Shown in pieces: positions 40,357 through 50,701 of a DNA stretch of 64,000 nucleotides (position 1 is the stretch's first letter; each line of letters opens with the position of its first letter). A model generated the notes under the pieces. That model had not been told where the DNA came from. It ran no database searches and worked only from the letters and a program-made list of their open reading frames with translations. A program made the position numbers and the translations under genes. Source of the DNA: Escherichia phage EK5; the sequence record PQ805429.1; one strand, written 5' to 3'.

Positions 40357-40869
40357 TTAAGCAGGTGTTACACCAGTAAAAGTGCATGTTGCATTGATGG
40401 ATGGGTCAGCTGTCAAACTTGCTTGAACAGTAACTTCGCCACTTGCAGCAGCATCTAAGGTTAACGCACCAGCGGCGCTTACTGTACCGGCTTCTGTAGG
40501 AGTTACAACAAACGTGTAATCCGCAGCAGCAGAGTTAGTTACAGTAAACATGGTAGTGAAATTAGTGGAGGAACCACCAGTTTTACCCGTAATTGGACCC
40601 TTAGCTACAATAGTAGGAGCAGGAGCAACAATTTCAGAAATGGTTGCTGTACCAGAAACACCTTCTAAAGTTGCAGTAATGGATACATCAGTGGATTGAG
40701 ACGCACTCGGAGCAGTATACAAACCCGACTGAGTGATAGAACCACCTCCTGTCACTGACCAAGTAAAGCCAGTTGTTTCGGTAGAACCATCACTTTTCTC
40801 CGCGCTTGCAGTGAACTGCCGAGTAGCCCCTGTCTCTAGACTTGCTAAAGACGCAGGGCTAACAGTCAC
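40357..40869 (-). CDS. Ig-like (BIG2) domain, likely C-terminal extension of capsid protein by -1 frameshift
   Basis: Annotated ORF begins with GTG and has no RBS; frame is open upstream and is the -1 frame of the capsid gene. Confidence 0.5.
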   Translation of the reverse strand: MTVSPASLASLETGATRQFTASAEKSDGSTETTGFTWSVTGGGSITQSGLYTAPSASQSTDVSITATLEGVSGTATISEIVAPAPTIVAKGPITGKTGGSSTNFTTMFTVTNSAAADYTFVVTPTEAGTVSAAGALTLDAAASGEVTVQASLTADPSINATCTFTGVTPA

Positions 40870-40880
40870 ACTGTCTACTG

Positions 40881-41939
40881 TTACGCCGCCACCTTTCCCG
40901 CAGCAGTGAACAGAACGCCAGAAGCATACGGGTTGCGGTGACGCAGACCAACTTCCATTTCAATCATCCACTTCTCGTAAGAACCATCTTTAGCCAGTTC
41001 AGTACGTTTCGGAGCACGCAGAACCATCTGAGTCCAGTCAGCGCTACGGAAGAAGTAAACTGCATCGGTAGGCATCCAACGGTTAACGATGATTTTGTAG
41101 CTCTGGCCCAGCGGGTCAGTGATGCTGTTAACTTCGTAGATGAACTGCTTGGTGTTCTCAAAGATACGCTTACGTGAACCCTGAGTATTTTCTTGCAGAC
41201 CAGCAAAGATCTTAGCATGAGCCGGGTTAATCATGATGATATCTGCTTCAGAACCAGCGGTATACAGTTGCAGAGTCATATCAAAGATATCAGCTTCGTC
41301 GAAACCAATGTTAGTGGTCGGGTTAGAAGCATTCTGTGCAACTTTAACAGTTACTGCACCAGTGTCCGGGTCAGCAGGACCATTCTTGGTCTTGTCAACA
41401 ACGCCACCAGCCAGACCACCGTGAGCACACAGGAACTGGAATGCACCAGTCTTACGAGCTGCATGGGTGTCATTCAGACCAACAACAGCAGGATCAGTTG
41501 CAGAGTTAGTCAGATACTGGTCAGCCAGAACGTCGGTACGAGCCTGACCGGACAGAAGGATTTTCTCGAGGTCACGCTTGATCTCTTTACCTTTCTTCTC
41601 CAGCTGATACATCAGTTCACGACCACGACCGTAGTTAGCGGTGGTGTTAGCAGTATCAGAAACACGAACAACCTTACGCAGAATCTGAGTAACGTTAGAT
41701 TTGATAACAGTCGGTTTCATTTCACCGTCTTCAGCACGAGAGCCTTCGACGTGTGCGTTATTACCGTCAACGCTTGCCAGTGCATCGGTCTGCCAGCTAA
41801 AGATAGTCTGGTTGATAGACTCTTTACCGGTCATAGATACGAACGGGGTATCCTGAGGGGACAGAACAGAAATCCAGTTAGCAAAAGAAAGTTTTTTACC
41901 ATTCTGGTCATACGATACAAATAAAGTTGGATTAGCCAT
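40881..41939 (-). CDS. major capsid protein
   Basis: 352 aa; follows scaffold gene; strong RBS; strong terminator downstream. Confidence 0.65.
   Translation of the reverse strand: MANPTLFVSYDQNGKKLSFANWISVLSPQDTPFVSMTGKESINQTIFSWQTDALASVDGNNAHVEGSRAEDGEMKPTVIKSNVTQILRKVVRVSDTANTTANYGRGRELMYQLEKKGKEIKRDLEKILLSGQARTDVLADQYLTNSATDPAVVGLNDTHAARKTGAFQFLCAHGGLAGGVVDKTKNGPADPDTGAVTVKVAQNASNPTTNIGFDEADIFDMTLQLYTAGSEADIIMINPAHAKIFAGLQENTQGSRKRIFENTKQFIYEVNSITDPLGQSYKIIVNRWMPTDAVYFFRSADWTQMVLRAPKRTELAKDGSYEKWMIEMEVGLRHRNPYASGVLFTAAGKVAA
40893..40899 (-). other. candidate -1 ribosomal slippery heptamer G GGA AAG
   Basis: In capsid zero frame as G|GGA|AAG, five codons before stop; -1 frame continues KGGGVTVDSV into the Ig-like ORF. 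Confidence 0.5.
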
Positions 41940-41979
41940 GTTATGTTAGCTCCTATACTATTAATAATTAATTTGTCGA

Positions 41980-43056
41980 TTAATCTACGAGGAATTTGAA
42001 TGCGTCTTCGTGACTAACGCGACCCTCTGCGAATGCCTTGGCAACCTTAGCGTTGTCGGGCTTATTGGAAGTGCGAGACTTTGCAGCATCAGACTTCACA
42101 ACCTTGCGTGGAGCACCGGGACGTTTAATCTTAGCCATCACCTGTTGCTTACCTTTATCAAATTGGTATGCTTTGTGGAGAGCTAGGAAAATAGACGGAC
42201 GGTTTTCCTTCAATACTTCTTCTTCAGTAGCACCTAAGTCAATTGCGTATTGCATTAAGTTTTGATATAAGTTTTCATCCCAATTTGGAATCTCACGTTT
42301 CAGAATATTAACACATTCAATACTCTTGGCTTGGAAAGCTTCCTGCTCTTTAGCTGCTGCTTCCTGCTTAATACGGACCTGAGCCTGTTCAAGCTGTTGA
42401 CGGCGAGCTGTGTACTTCTCTAGGAAACGTTTGTTTTCAACATATGCTTGAGGATCTTCTACTGCAAGCTTGTCCCAATCAAAACCGTTATAATCTTCAA
42501 TTACTCGGTCTGCTTCTAAAGACGCTAGTTCTAATACATCCTTCAAACCTACTACACGTTCCTCGAATGCTTCCATATGACGCTGAAGAGTTGATTCTCG
42601 TTCTGTCATATCAGCACCAGTAAGATAGCCATTAGAAAGTTCTTCAATAGTCATCTCACGTCCATCAGGAAGGGTGATAACGGTTTCGTAGTCTACATCA
42701 AAGACTTCACCTTCACCGTCAGCAGAATCATCTTCATACTCTGCATCGCTTGAATCTTCTTCCTCTTGTTCTTCTGCTTCAGAGGATTCGTCTTCATCTT
42801 CTTCGACTTCGCCTTCCTCTTCACGATCTTCCCAACCATCTTCATCTTCGAACTTAAGCTCATCGCTTTCACCGAGAAGGTCGGTATCAAAGTCGAAATC
42901 GTCACCGTCTTTTTCCGGGAACTCATCGTCAATGTCCACTTCTGGTTCTTGTTCAGATTCTAATCGACCGAGTTCTTCTTTGAAAGAACCTTTCAGGTCA
43001 TCCAGTTGGAGGAAAGATTTAAAATCGTTCGGGTCAATATAATTATCTTGTGGCAT
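41980..43056 (-). CDS. scaffolding protein
   Basis: 358 aa; very acidic (EEDEDESSEAEEQEEED), coiled-coil; between portal and capsid genes. Confidence 0.6.
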   Translation of the reverse strand: MPQDNYIDPNDFKSFLQLDDLKGSFKEELGRLESEQEPEVDIDDEFPEKDGDDFDFDTDLLGESDELKFEDEDGWEDREEEGEVEEDEDESSEAEEQEEEDSSDAEYEDDSADGEGEVFDVDYETVITLPDGREMTIEELSNGYLTGADMTERESTLQRHMEAFEERVVGLKDVLELASLEADRVIEDYNGFDWDKLAVEDPQAYVENKRFLEKYTARRQQLEQAQVRIKQEAAAKEQEAFQAKSIECVNILKREIPNWDENLYQNLMQYAIDLGATEEEVLKENRPSIFLALHKAYQFDKGKQQVMAKIKRPGAPRKVVKSDAAKSRTSNKPDNAKVAKAFAEGRVSHEDAFKFLVD

Positions 43057-43292
43057 TATGAAACATCTCCTGCACTATTGATAGCAGCTTTTATGACCTC
43101 TTTTAAGCTACCCACCATTTTATACTTTTGATAACAATCTTCGCGTTTCTTATTCTCATGAGGTTCAGTTTGAACTATCTCTGTCATGAGTCTTTCTTTC
43201 AATGCCTCTAATGCTGCGTCAAGACTGCCGTTAAGATTGAGAGCCGCCAAAGCGGCGGCGTGCTCTTTATTGAATTGATGCCTAATGTTCAT
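43056..43292 (-). CDS. hypothetical protein
   Basis: 78 aa between portal and scaffold genes. Confidence 0.4.
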   Translation of the reverse strand: MNIRHQFNKEHAAALAALNLNGSLDAALEALKERLMTEIVQTEPHENKKREDCYQKYKMVGSLKEVIKAAINSAGDVS

Positions 43293-43301
43293 TCGACGTC
43301 C

Positions 43302-45545
43302 TTACTTTTTACTTCCAAGACGTTTGCCTGGAATCCGTGAATCTTTGAGAGAAGCTTGTTGCTCTTTCTTAGTTACATTAGCTTCTTTCTTTTGGAGTTC
43401 CAAAGTTTTGTCCTGAACACGAGCTTGCTGAACAATCTTCTCTTGGTCTACCTGATGAGACATAACCATCTGCAATTCTTTCAGTACAGATTCATACTGA
43501 CGGACCTGCTGTTGCATAAGAGCTAACTTGTGCTTAGCTTGTTCCAGAGTTGCATTGTTATCCTCTTTACGGTTTTCCAGAGTCATAGCATCTGCTGCAT
43601 TTTCTTGCTTGAACTGCAACTCTTCCTGACGCAGACTTAACTCATCCGCAGCTTTCTGCTGTTCGAATGTAGTACGTTCACGTTGGTCGAATGCATCAGC
43701 AATCATCTTCTGAGAGGAAGCCTGTACGTTCTCAACCTGAGCTTTAGTCATCTCGAGCTGGAGGATTTCCATCGGAGAAGGTTCTGGAGGCTGATACTGT
43801 TCCAGAGGCAGAAGGTATTTATGAGTATCTTTAATACCCATCAACTCAAAGATTTGTGCAGTCATGTAACGGTCTTGCTCCAAACCAAAGAGAGGCGCTA
43901 ACTGTGCATCTGCTGCAATCAGCTGTTTCAAGCTAATCAGTTTCTGTGCACGTTCTGCTTTCTCGTTAGGAGAGATAGCTACAACAACTTGGAGGTTGTG
44001 ACGAGCTGGTAATTGTTTTGGATTTACCTGAATCATACCACGAGGGGTTTGTACCTCGATAGGAACTTCACCATTTTCTCTGATAAGGTTGTAAATACCA
44101 CGCATCAATTCAACCATACCATTGTGAGCAATGTTACGACATACCATACGGAGACGGTTCTGTGCAGCATTCATCATCAAGCCTACGGTTGCATAAGCGT
44201 TATCATTCTTAAACACATCAGGGTTGATACCCATGCCTAGTTTGGTTACACCGGTACGTGTCTCTTTAAGCTCCTCAGACATGCCTAGAAGGCCGTCAAT
44301 ACCTTGAGGTAGGTTATGGTATGGGAACAGGTCAATAGCGTCCTGACGTTCCATTTCAACCACTCCACCGGGACGGTTATCAAGCAGAGAGCGACGGTCG
44401 TATGCACCAACAAGAGCTTTGTATCGACCATAGTTAGCATTGTTGACGTTATCAATATAACCACGAACTAACGCGGTACGTAAATCTTGAATATCTTTCG
44501 TAATGTCATAGACCGATTGACCATAGAAGGAACCCGGAATCGGATACGGACAGAAGGTTACAAACGGAATGTGAGTTACTTCTTCAGTGTGAAGGATATG
44601 CTCACCAGCTTGGATAACCTGATAGAGTTTAGACTCTTTATTCTTATCTAGAACACCAGTACGAATGTAGTGCTCGTAAACCCAAACCATAGAAGCGATA
44701 TCTTCGGTATCTGTACCAATATCAGCATCAATGTCCTGACGCCAGTCAGTACGAGACCAAGCAACTGTAGATTGAGTGGTGTCCATCGTATCTGTCCAGT
44801 CGTTGAATGCTTCAATCTCATCTTTAGGGAAGCCCATAGCAACCAGATCTTCTTTAGAACGACGTACACGATGACAGAAGTATTGTGCATCTGCAAAAGA
44901 GGTAGCATGTTCGTCAACAAAGATTTGCTCTGAAGGAACATATTCAACTTTCACACGTTTAACAGTTTGTTCATAAGTAACTTTAACATCTACTGTACCA
45001 TCTTCATTTTCTTCAGTGAAGATTTCCAGATTCTTGAGTCCACCAGCTTCTAATCCCTGAACATATGCAGCCAATGCTTCCGGTGGTACACCTTCAGCTT
45101 CTTCAGTTTGAGTAGAAGTTTGTTCATCCCAATAATACTTGATAAAAGAGTTACGAGTAACCAGACATTCTTGTGCAGCAGAAGAGATAATATTGTATCC
45201 CGGATTGTCACGCAGAAGAATTTGGTTAACCAATTTAGTTGCTACATCAGCAGCATCAGAATCCTGTTGGTTGTCAGCTACGAAAGTAACTGCTTCATCA
45301 CCAGAACAGAATACGTTAATAATATCTTGCAATGTACCGTTAACAGATTCCCAAACAGTACGATCTACCCAACTAGAGCTGCCAGCAGTTACTGGTGCAG
45401 GTAAGTTACCATAGAAATATTCCCAAGCTTCACGAGCATAACCCTTAACAGCCATGTCCACGTAGCCTTGAGCGTAATTAAAACGACGTTGAAGGTCAAC
45501 ACGTAACTCGTCCAACACCTCTTCACTATATTTTTGCTTAGCCAT
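43302..45545 (-). CDS. portal protein
   Basis: 747 aa directly downstream of terminase large subunit; size and position typical. Confidence 0.6.
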   Translation of the reverse strand: MAKQKYSEEVLDELRVDLQRRFNYAQGYVDMAVKGYAREAWEYFYGNLPAPVTAGSSSWVDRTVWESVNGTLQDIINVFCSGDEAVTFVADNQQDSDAADVATKLVNQILLRDNPGYNIISSAAQECLVTRNSFIKYYWDEQTSTQTEEAEGVPPEALAAYVQGLEAGGLKNLEIFTEENEDGTVDVKVTYEQTVKRVKVEYVPSEQIFVDEHATSFADAQYFCHRVRRSKEDLVAMGFPKDEIEAFNDWTDTMDTTQSTVAWSRTDWRQDIDADIGTDTEDIASMVWVYEHYIRTGVLDKNKESKLYQVIQAGEHILHTEEVTHIPFVTFCPYPIPGSFYGQSVYDITKDIQDLRTALVRGYIDNVNNANYGRYKALVGAYDRRSLLDNRPGGVVEMERQDAIDLFPYHNLPQGIDGLLGMSEELKETRTGVTKLGMGINPDVFKNDNAYATVGLMMNAAQNRLRMVCRNIAHNGMVELMRGIYNLIRENGEVPIEVQTPRGMIQVNPKQLPARHNLQVVVAISPNEKAERAQKLISLKQLIAADAQLAPLFGLEQDRYMTAQIFELMGIKDTHKYLLPLEQYQPPEPSPMEILQLEMTKAQVENVQASSQKMIADAFDQRERTTFEQQKAADELSLRQEELQFKQENAADAMTLENRKEDNNATLEQAKHKLALMQQQVRQYESVLKELQMVMSHQVDQEKIVQQARVQDKTLELQKKEANVTKKEQQASLKDSRIPGKRLGSKK

Positions 45546-45570
45546 CTATTCTCTCCCTCGGTTGATAGCT

Positions 45571-45600
45571 TAAATAAAAGAAGGGAGGACAAACCTCCCC
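45571..45600 (-). terminator. stem-loop with T-run (partial terminator) after terminase
   Basis: Minus strand GGGAGG-TTTGT-CCTCCC then TTCTTTTATTTA. Confidence 0.55.
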
Positions 45601-45606
45601 CTTACT

Positions 45607-47148
45607 TTAGTAGCTCTGATTCCATCTGCTTACGTTTGCCTCATACAGAGAAGCACTTCCGTAGCTAACGTCATGCTTAGAGCGACCACGATGTGTAACA
45701 GAGCACGCTGAATAGCGCATTGCATCCATTAAGTCATCATGTTCTTTAATAATCTTACCAACCTTACGGTGATATCTAGCTTTCTCTTCGAATAGCTTAG
45801 CGTTAGCGGCTGTGTTAAAGACTTTAAAGCGTCCACTCATCATTCTTTCTCGGATATCTGTGATTCCCGGTTCTACAAAGAAGTTCTTTTTACCATCCAT
45901 TCCAATTTTGTTGTAGAAGGTCTCACTCTGTACGTTAACTCCTGCATTCTTATAGAATTGAGCAACAGATGAACCACTACCTTTCTCAATATTGTCCGCA
46001 TCGTGCGGTAGGATGACAGGAATCCACTGACCACGACCATTAATAGCTGGAGCATGATACACTGGAGTAAAGCCACCTTCTTTATATGAGTCGTAAACAT
46101 AGATAGTATCCGTGTTTGCGTCGTAAGCTGTCCAAACAGCAGCAGTTGGGTGATCAATACCAATATCAATTGCACAGACACGTTTCCACGTATCAGGAAT
46201 TTCGAATGGTTCACATTTAATTGTGTCATCCGATACATCATATATCAAACCACTTCCTAACAATGGCATACCTTTCGAACGCATCTCTAACTGCCACGCT
46301 GGAATACCTTCAGTCATATCTTTTATATCTTGGTCAGTGATATGTCCACCTAGGTCTGCATGAGCATCCCACCAAGAAGCATTCTGGAAATATAGAGAAC
46401 CTGTGTTCTCATCCCCTTCACCTTTCATAAATTTATCTACCAGTTCAGTTAAACCGTTCTCTGGTGTAGCTGTAATTGTAACTAGACCTTTAGTTGTGAG
46501 TGTACGTGTGACGCACTGTGCGAATATAGCCATAGACTCGTATGGATCTTCTTCGTCTAACCAAATGTAGTCAACTGTTGCACCCATCAATGTGTGTTCA
46601 CCCTGTTGGGTTGAACGGAATTCTAATGTACTTAAACCGTCAAACTCTCCTCTTTCATTTTGATGTTTGATTTGTACGATTTGAAGTTTGTTACCATCTC
46701 GTTCTATCGTGTCAATGACGATAGCATCACGAGGAATGACACCTGTCCCCAATAAATTTGTATCCTTTCCGATAGGTGTACCAAACAATTCCTTTTGCAA
46801 TACTTTCCTTGTGGAATCCCCTGTAATACCAACTGCCCATGCTAAGATAGGTCTTTTAAATTTATATCCTGTCCACCAAGTTGGGTAGCGACCTGTGACA
46901 TGACAAGCAAACTCGTATGCCTCGCTATAAGATTTACCAACACGGTTCGCTGCACACAAGAATCTAAAGCGATGCTTCAATCCTGCTGCATAAAATTTCT
47001 TTTGGAAGTCATACGCCTTGAAAGACAAAATCTTATTATACTTCCTCCATTGGTCGCGCTCTTTCAACATATTCAATAGTGCTTTCTTTTCCTCTACACT
47101 AAGATTGTTACCAGTTAGAGCTTCATAAATTTGTTTATCTAATGACAT
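45607..47148 (-). CDS. terminase large subunit
   Basis: 513 aa; Walker A CAANRVGKSYS, Walker B IWLDEED, C-terminal nuclease-like CAIDIGIDHPTAAV. Confidence 0.85.
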   Translation of the reverse strand: MSLDKQIYEALTGNNLSVEEKKALLNMLKERDQWRKYNKILSFKAYDFQKKFYAAGLKHRFRFLCAANRVGKSYSEAYEFACHVTGRYPTWWTGYKFKRPILAWAVGITGDSTRKVLQKELFGTPIGKDTNLLGTGVIPRDAIVIDTIERDGNKLQIVQIKHQNERGEFDGLSTLEFRSTQQGEHTLMGATVDYIWLDEEDPYESMAIFAQCVTRTLTTKGLVTITATPENGLTELVDKFMKGEGDENTGSLYFQNASWWDAHADLGGHITDQDIKDMTEGIPAWQLEMRSKGMPLLGSGLIYDVSDDTIKCEPFEIPDTWKRVCAIDIGIDHPTAAVWTAYDANTDTIYVYDSYKEGGFTPVYHAPAINGRGQWIPVILPHDADNIEKGSGSSVAQFYKNAGVNVQSETFYNKIGMDGKKNFFVEPGITDIRERMMSGRFKVFNTAANAKLFEEKARYHRKVGKIIKEHDDLMDAMRYSACSVTHRGRSKHDVSYGSASLYEANVSRWNQSY

Positions 47149-47217
47149 ACTTCCTCCAGTTTAAAAATAGAAAAGGGAAAGTCCCTTCGTCAAAGAACCT
47201 CCCCTTCTTTCCTTTAC

Positions 47218-47691
47218 TTAACTCTCGTCCGCTTCCTCCCCCTTTTCAGCGTCCTCAGAGTTGTCTTCTTCTGGAGGCATAACGTCGATACCAAGTGCTC
47301 CAGTCAAGAAGTCCTTGATTTGTGCATTCAATGATTCTTCGTTGATTACATTCTCTTCCTCAATCTTAACTTCAACAGAGGCCGCCTTAGGATATACCAG
47401 ATCTGCAACTTTTGATGCAGCCTTGAATCTAAGATCAGGTGGAATATTAGGATCTTCGTAAATTTGAATTAACACTTCATCAGGAGACAAATGACTTGCA
47501 GCAACACGGTCCAACATTAATTGTGTCAGTTTACCTCTACTACCTCTGGGTCGTCCGAATTTATTTCCCTTTTGAAACTTCCCATTGCTTGGGTTCATAC
47601 CACGGCTTTCGAGTTCTTCCGTTACTCCGGGTAATCTTCCTGTAATCTCAGCTACCTGTGCAGGCGTGAGTTCTCCGTTTTCTCCAAACAT
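47218..47691 (-). CDS. putative terminase small subunit
   Basis: 157 aa upstream of terminase large subunit; basic GRPRGSRGK block and acidic C-terminus. Confidence 0.4.
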   Translation of the reverse strand: MFGENGELTPAQVAEITGRLPGVTEELESRGMNPSNGKFQKGNKFGRPRGSRGKLTQLMLDRVAASHLSPDEVLIQIYEDPNIPPDLRFKAASKVADLVYPKAASVEVKIEEENVINEESLNAQIKDFLTGALGIDVMPPEEDNSEDAEKGEEADES

Positions 47692-47715
47692 TTTATACTC
47701 CTTCTACATTATCAA

Positions 47716-47742
47716 CAACACAAAAAGCCTCCCAACGGAGGC
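47716..47742 (-). terminator. rho-independent terminator
   Basis: Minus strand GCCTCC-GTTG-GGAGGC followed by TTTTTGTGTT. Confidence 0.6.
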
Positions 47743-47747
47743 AAATA

Positions 47748-48380
47748 TTACTTACAATCACCAACGGACAGGTTAAACATCTTACCAAGAGCGATCGTCT
47801 CACCTTCCCACGGAAGTTCTACGCCCTTCTCTTCCTCTAAAAGAATAGAGCCGTCGACCAAAAATTTTTCGTAGTCTCGCAGTGCGTCGTCTACTAGCTC
47901 ACTCTTGTGAATCCACGTAATTGTTTCTGTACCATCCTCTTCGATTCGAACATCACGATGCCATTCATCTTTGGAGGTAATGTAATCATGGAGCATTTCA
48001 TATTCAGCTTCTTCAATCATCTCAATCATTGCGCGAGCATAATCAGGGAGGTGATCATGTTTAGTAGATTCATATTCAACTACTTCCAGAGTAGAAGGCT
48101 TAGCCCGTGCAACTTCTTCAAGTACTTTTGAGCGATCTTTGTAGTAGTTCTCATATTTATCACCAATAGTACCGACTTGAAGTCCACGGTATTGTTCTAC
48201 TAAACTCATCATATCTTTCTTCTCCGTAATAGTTGGTTTAAGAATACTTCCACTATATAAATCTTGTACAGCTAGTCCTGAAATATTTCCCATAGTTTCT
48301 AAATGCTGTAAGCTACAACCGGAGCGGCACAGCTGTGAATTGTACTCGTTAAGGTCCATCGCTTTGATTAAATTATTCAT
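47748..48380 (-). CDS. hypothetical protein
   Basis: 210 aa, first part of minus-strand block. Confidence 0.45.
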   Translation of the reverse strand: MNNLIKAMDLNEYNSQLCRSGCSLQHLETMGNISGLAVQDLYSGSILKPTITEKKDMMSLVEQYRGLQVGTIGDKYENYYKDRSKVLEEVARAKPSTLEVVEYESTKHDHLPDYARAMIEMIEEAEYEMLHDYITSKDEWHRDVRIEEDGTETITWIHKSELVDDALRDYEKFLVDGSILLEEEKGVELPWEGETIALGKMFNLSVGDCK

Positions 48381-48627
48381 CCATCTCTCCCTTGCTATAA
48401 TCTTTGTATGTTTCTACTTTGTAAGTGCGGAATGCTCTGAAGAAGAGCCAACCTAAGCTACTCACATCAATAGTAATATCGAAATCTGTTTCATCATCTA
48501 AGTCAACAAGTCGACCTAAACATGTAGCTTCCATCCCTTCTTCAGAGTCACTGTTGATTACGAAAGCGTATGTCTCTGTTCTGAACCGAGGCACCATCTC
48601 TGATAAAAAGTCTAATACTAAATTCAT
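48373..48627 (-). CDS. hypothetical protein
   Basis: 84 aa, first gene of minus-strand block. Confidence 0.4.
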   Translation of the reverse strand: MNLVLDFLSEMVPRFRTETYAFVINSDSEEGMEATCLGRLVDLDDETDFDITIDVSSLGWLFFRAFRTYKVETYKDYSKGEMDE

Positions 48628-49732
48628 AATTCTTCTCCTCTGAATAAGAGTATAAAGGGCACATCATAAGACCTACCCGTAAAGGCCACCTCACATTAAC
48701 ACCCGTGAGAATACCTGTATTCATTTTCGTAGTCTTCTTCAGAGAAGCTACCGTATTCATCTTCTGTCATACATCCCTCTGATAAAGTTAAGACATAAAG
48801 GGGACGTCATCTTTGATGACTACTTCACATTAAGGCACCCCCATAAAGGCCATGTCACGTTAAGGCCTATCCATCCATGTGCTGTGTTTAAGCTTACCAC
48901 ATTTACTACATCTCCAAGTGGACTTATAAAAGGTGTGAACTCTTTCATCCCCGTAAGCTTTGCGTATCCGATAGTACTCATGATCACATTTGAATTGCTT
49001 AATGATTAACTTAATTTTCCACATAAGTTCTCTTTCAACCTTATATATAAGAGTTTAAAATTCTGATTTGACCGAGTGGGGCTAGCCGCTTCCCGCGCGT
49101 TTCCTAAAAAGGGGGAGTCCTCATTTAAAAAAGGGTTATTGGCAATGCCTTTACCTTCCCTTTCAACGTTCCACCTCTCCCCGTGCCTACTCCCCGTAAT
49201 TATTCCCCCGTGTATACTACCCAATACATTAGCTACCCGTTTATTTAGTACCCCTTTAAAGAGTGAGAGAAAGGCTAGCACTGTATAAACTAGTACAGGC
49301 ACAATCATAACAGGTCTAATAATACCCATAAGTAATAGTCGCAGCTCCCCATAGTTTGAGTGTAAATAGTTTCAATAGTAATGATTATGAGTGCAATAAT
49401 GATGTATGTATTAATTAAGTGGAAAGATTATGTTTCTTTTAATTGTTTCTTTTATTCTTTCCTTTTTCAGCGTACATGAGCGTAGCGAATGGTCTTTGAT
49501 GTTTGAGTTAACTAATTATTTAAGTGGTATATTATTACCGCACTATCTTGCATGTTTCCCCGTGGTCTGTCCTGCGGTTGTTGTATCCCCGTTTGTCCTG
49601 GTCTGTTGGTCTGTTACCCGTAGTGTTATAAAGTAACAATAAGAAGTAAGCTGATTCTCTGAGTATGGAAAGTTTAGCAAATTAAATTCCTTTAGTTTTC
49701 AGTGAGTTATAGGAAAGTTAGAAAATAAATGG

Positions 49733-49760
49733 TTGACAGCCTTTTCCTTTATTATATAGT
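49733..49760 (+). promoter_or_regulatory. sigma70-like promoter
   Basis: TTGACA-16 nt-TATAGT, about 45 nt upstream of ATG 49805. Confidence 0.5.
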
Positions 49761-49804
49761 TGCGATTGTAGTTTGTAGTTTTCATCAACCATAAGGAATA
49801 TCAA

Positions 49805-50677
49805 ATGTCTAAAGTAGCAATTAACCACTTGAACAAAGCAAACGAAAGCCTTTCCTCTTTAGGCTTAACCGTTGGTAGTCCTGATGCGTGGATGGAAAAC
49901 GAAAGTGCACGTAAAGGATTCAAAAACTCAATCATGTTGGCTTGCTTGATCATCAATTCTACTGCGAACGCTTTACAGTGTGAAGATGAAAGCACGTTCA
50001 AAGAGAACGGTTTTACCGATATGCAGGACGCTATTAATTGCTACATTCAGGCTAATTTAGATAGCTGGAATCAGAAAGATTGGCCTGAGTCGTGCCGTGA
50101 TGTGAAAGCTGAATTATCCCGCTTGTCTGTCATGGTTGAAGCATGGAACAAGAAAAACAAGAAACAGCCAATCAAGCCTACTGTTGCAAGTAAGATTATG
50201 AAGTCTGTTAATCTGGCAAGTTATGCACTGGTTGCAGCTATTGGTGTTAGTGCACTGGTCACATCTCTTTCTGATAAGGCTATCGCTAGTCCTACTCCTG
50301 CAACTGATGCCGCTGATGTTTTCGCTAGTTCCATCAATAAGGGTTGGATGATTTGCAACGGTGCGGATAGTGATGGAAGTACTATTGTATTAAAAATGAA
50401 GTTTAGCAACGTAACTAATGATGGCGTTCTCTTTCAGTCTAAGACACTAGACAATCAGCCTAACAATGATCTAGTTCTCAAGCGCACCGATAGTGACTCG
50501 GATATGGTTACATTTGGCACTGTACAACGTTACGAAGACGTTAAAGCTGTAACCAATCTAGTGAGTTATGGTCCGGTTAATGAGTCGATGATCGCCACTA
50601 CCGTTTATAATAACGCTGATAACGCTGTTTATACCGTTCACGTTAATTTAGCCAACTGCATTAAGGCTAGTAAGTAA
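49805..50677 (+). CDS. hypothetical protein with internal TM segment
   Basis: 290 aa; hydrophobic LASYALVAAIGVSALVTSL. Confidence 0.5.
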   Translation: MSKVAINHLNKANESLSSLGLTVGSPDAWMENESARKGFKNSIMLACLIINSTANALQCEDESTFKENGFTDMQDAINCYIQANLDSWNQKDWPESCRDVKAELSRLSVMVEAWNKKNKKQPIKPTVASKIMKSVNLASYALVAAIGVSALVTSLSDKAIASPTPATDAADVFASSINKGWMICNGADSDGSTIVLKMKFSNVTNDGVLFQSKTLDNQPNNDLVLKRTDSDSDMVTFGTVQRYEDVKAVTNLVSYGPVNESMIATTVYNNADNAVYTVHVNLANCIKASK

Positions 50678-50701
50678 ATAACCTATTTTGGGAGTGTAAA
50701 A

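Noticed and set aside
41193-41924. 243-aa ORF antisense to the major capsid gene, and many similar antisense ORFs inside large structural genes
   Set aside because: Fully embedded antisense to well-supported genes with strong RBSs; typical shadow ORFs.
47691-47748. TAATGTAGA near-match on the minus strand upstream of the 47218-47691 gene
   Set aside because: One mismatch and only about 14 nt from the start codon, inconsistent with the 34-60 nt spacing of the exact copies.
49006-49636. Three ORFs (49006-49329 minus, 49076-49288 plus, 49430-49636 plus) inside the divergent control region
   Set aside because: Low-complexity or repeat-derived translations, no convincing RBS, mutually overlapping; more likely chance ORFs across repeat DNA.
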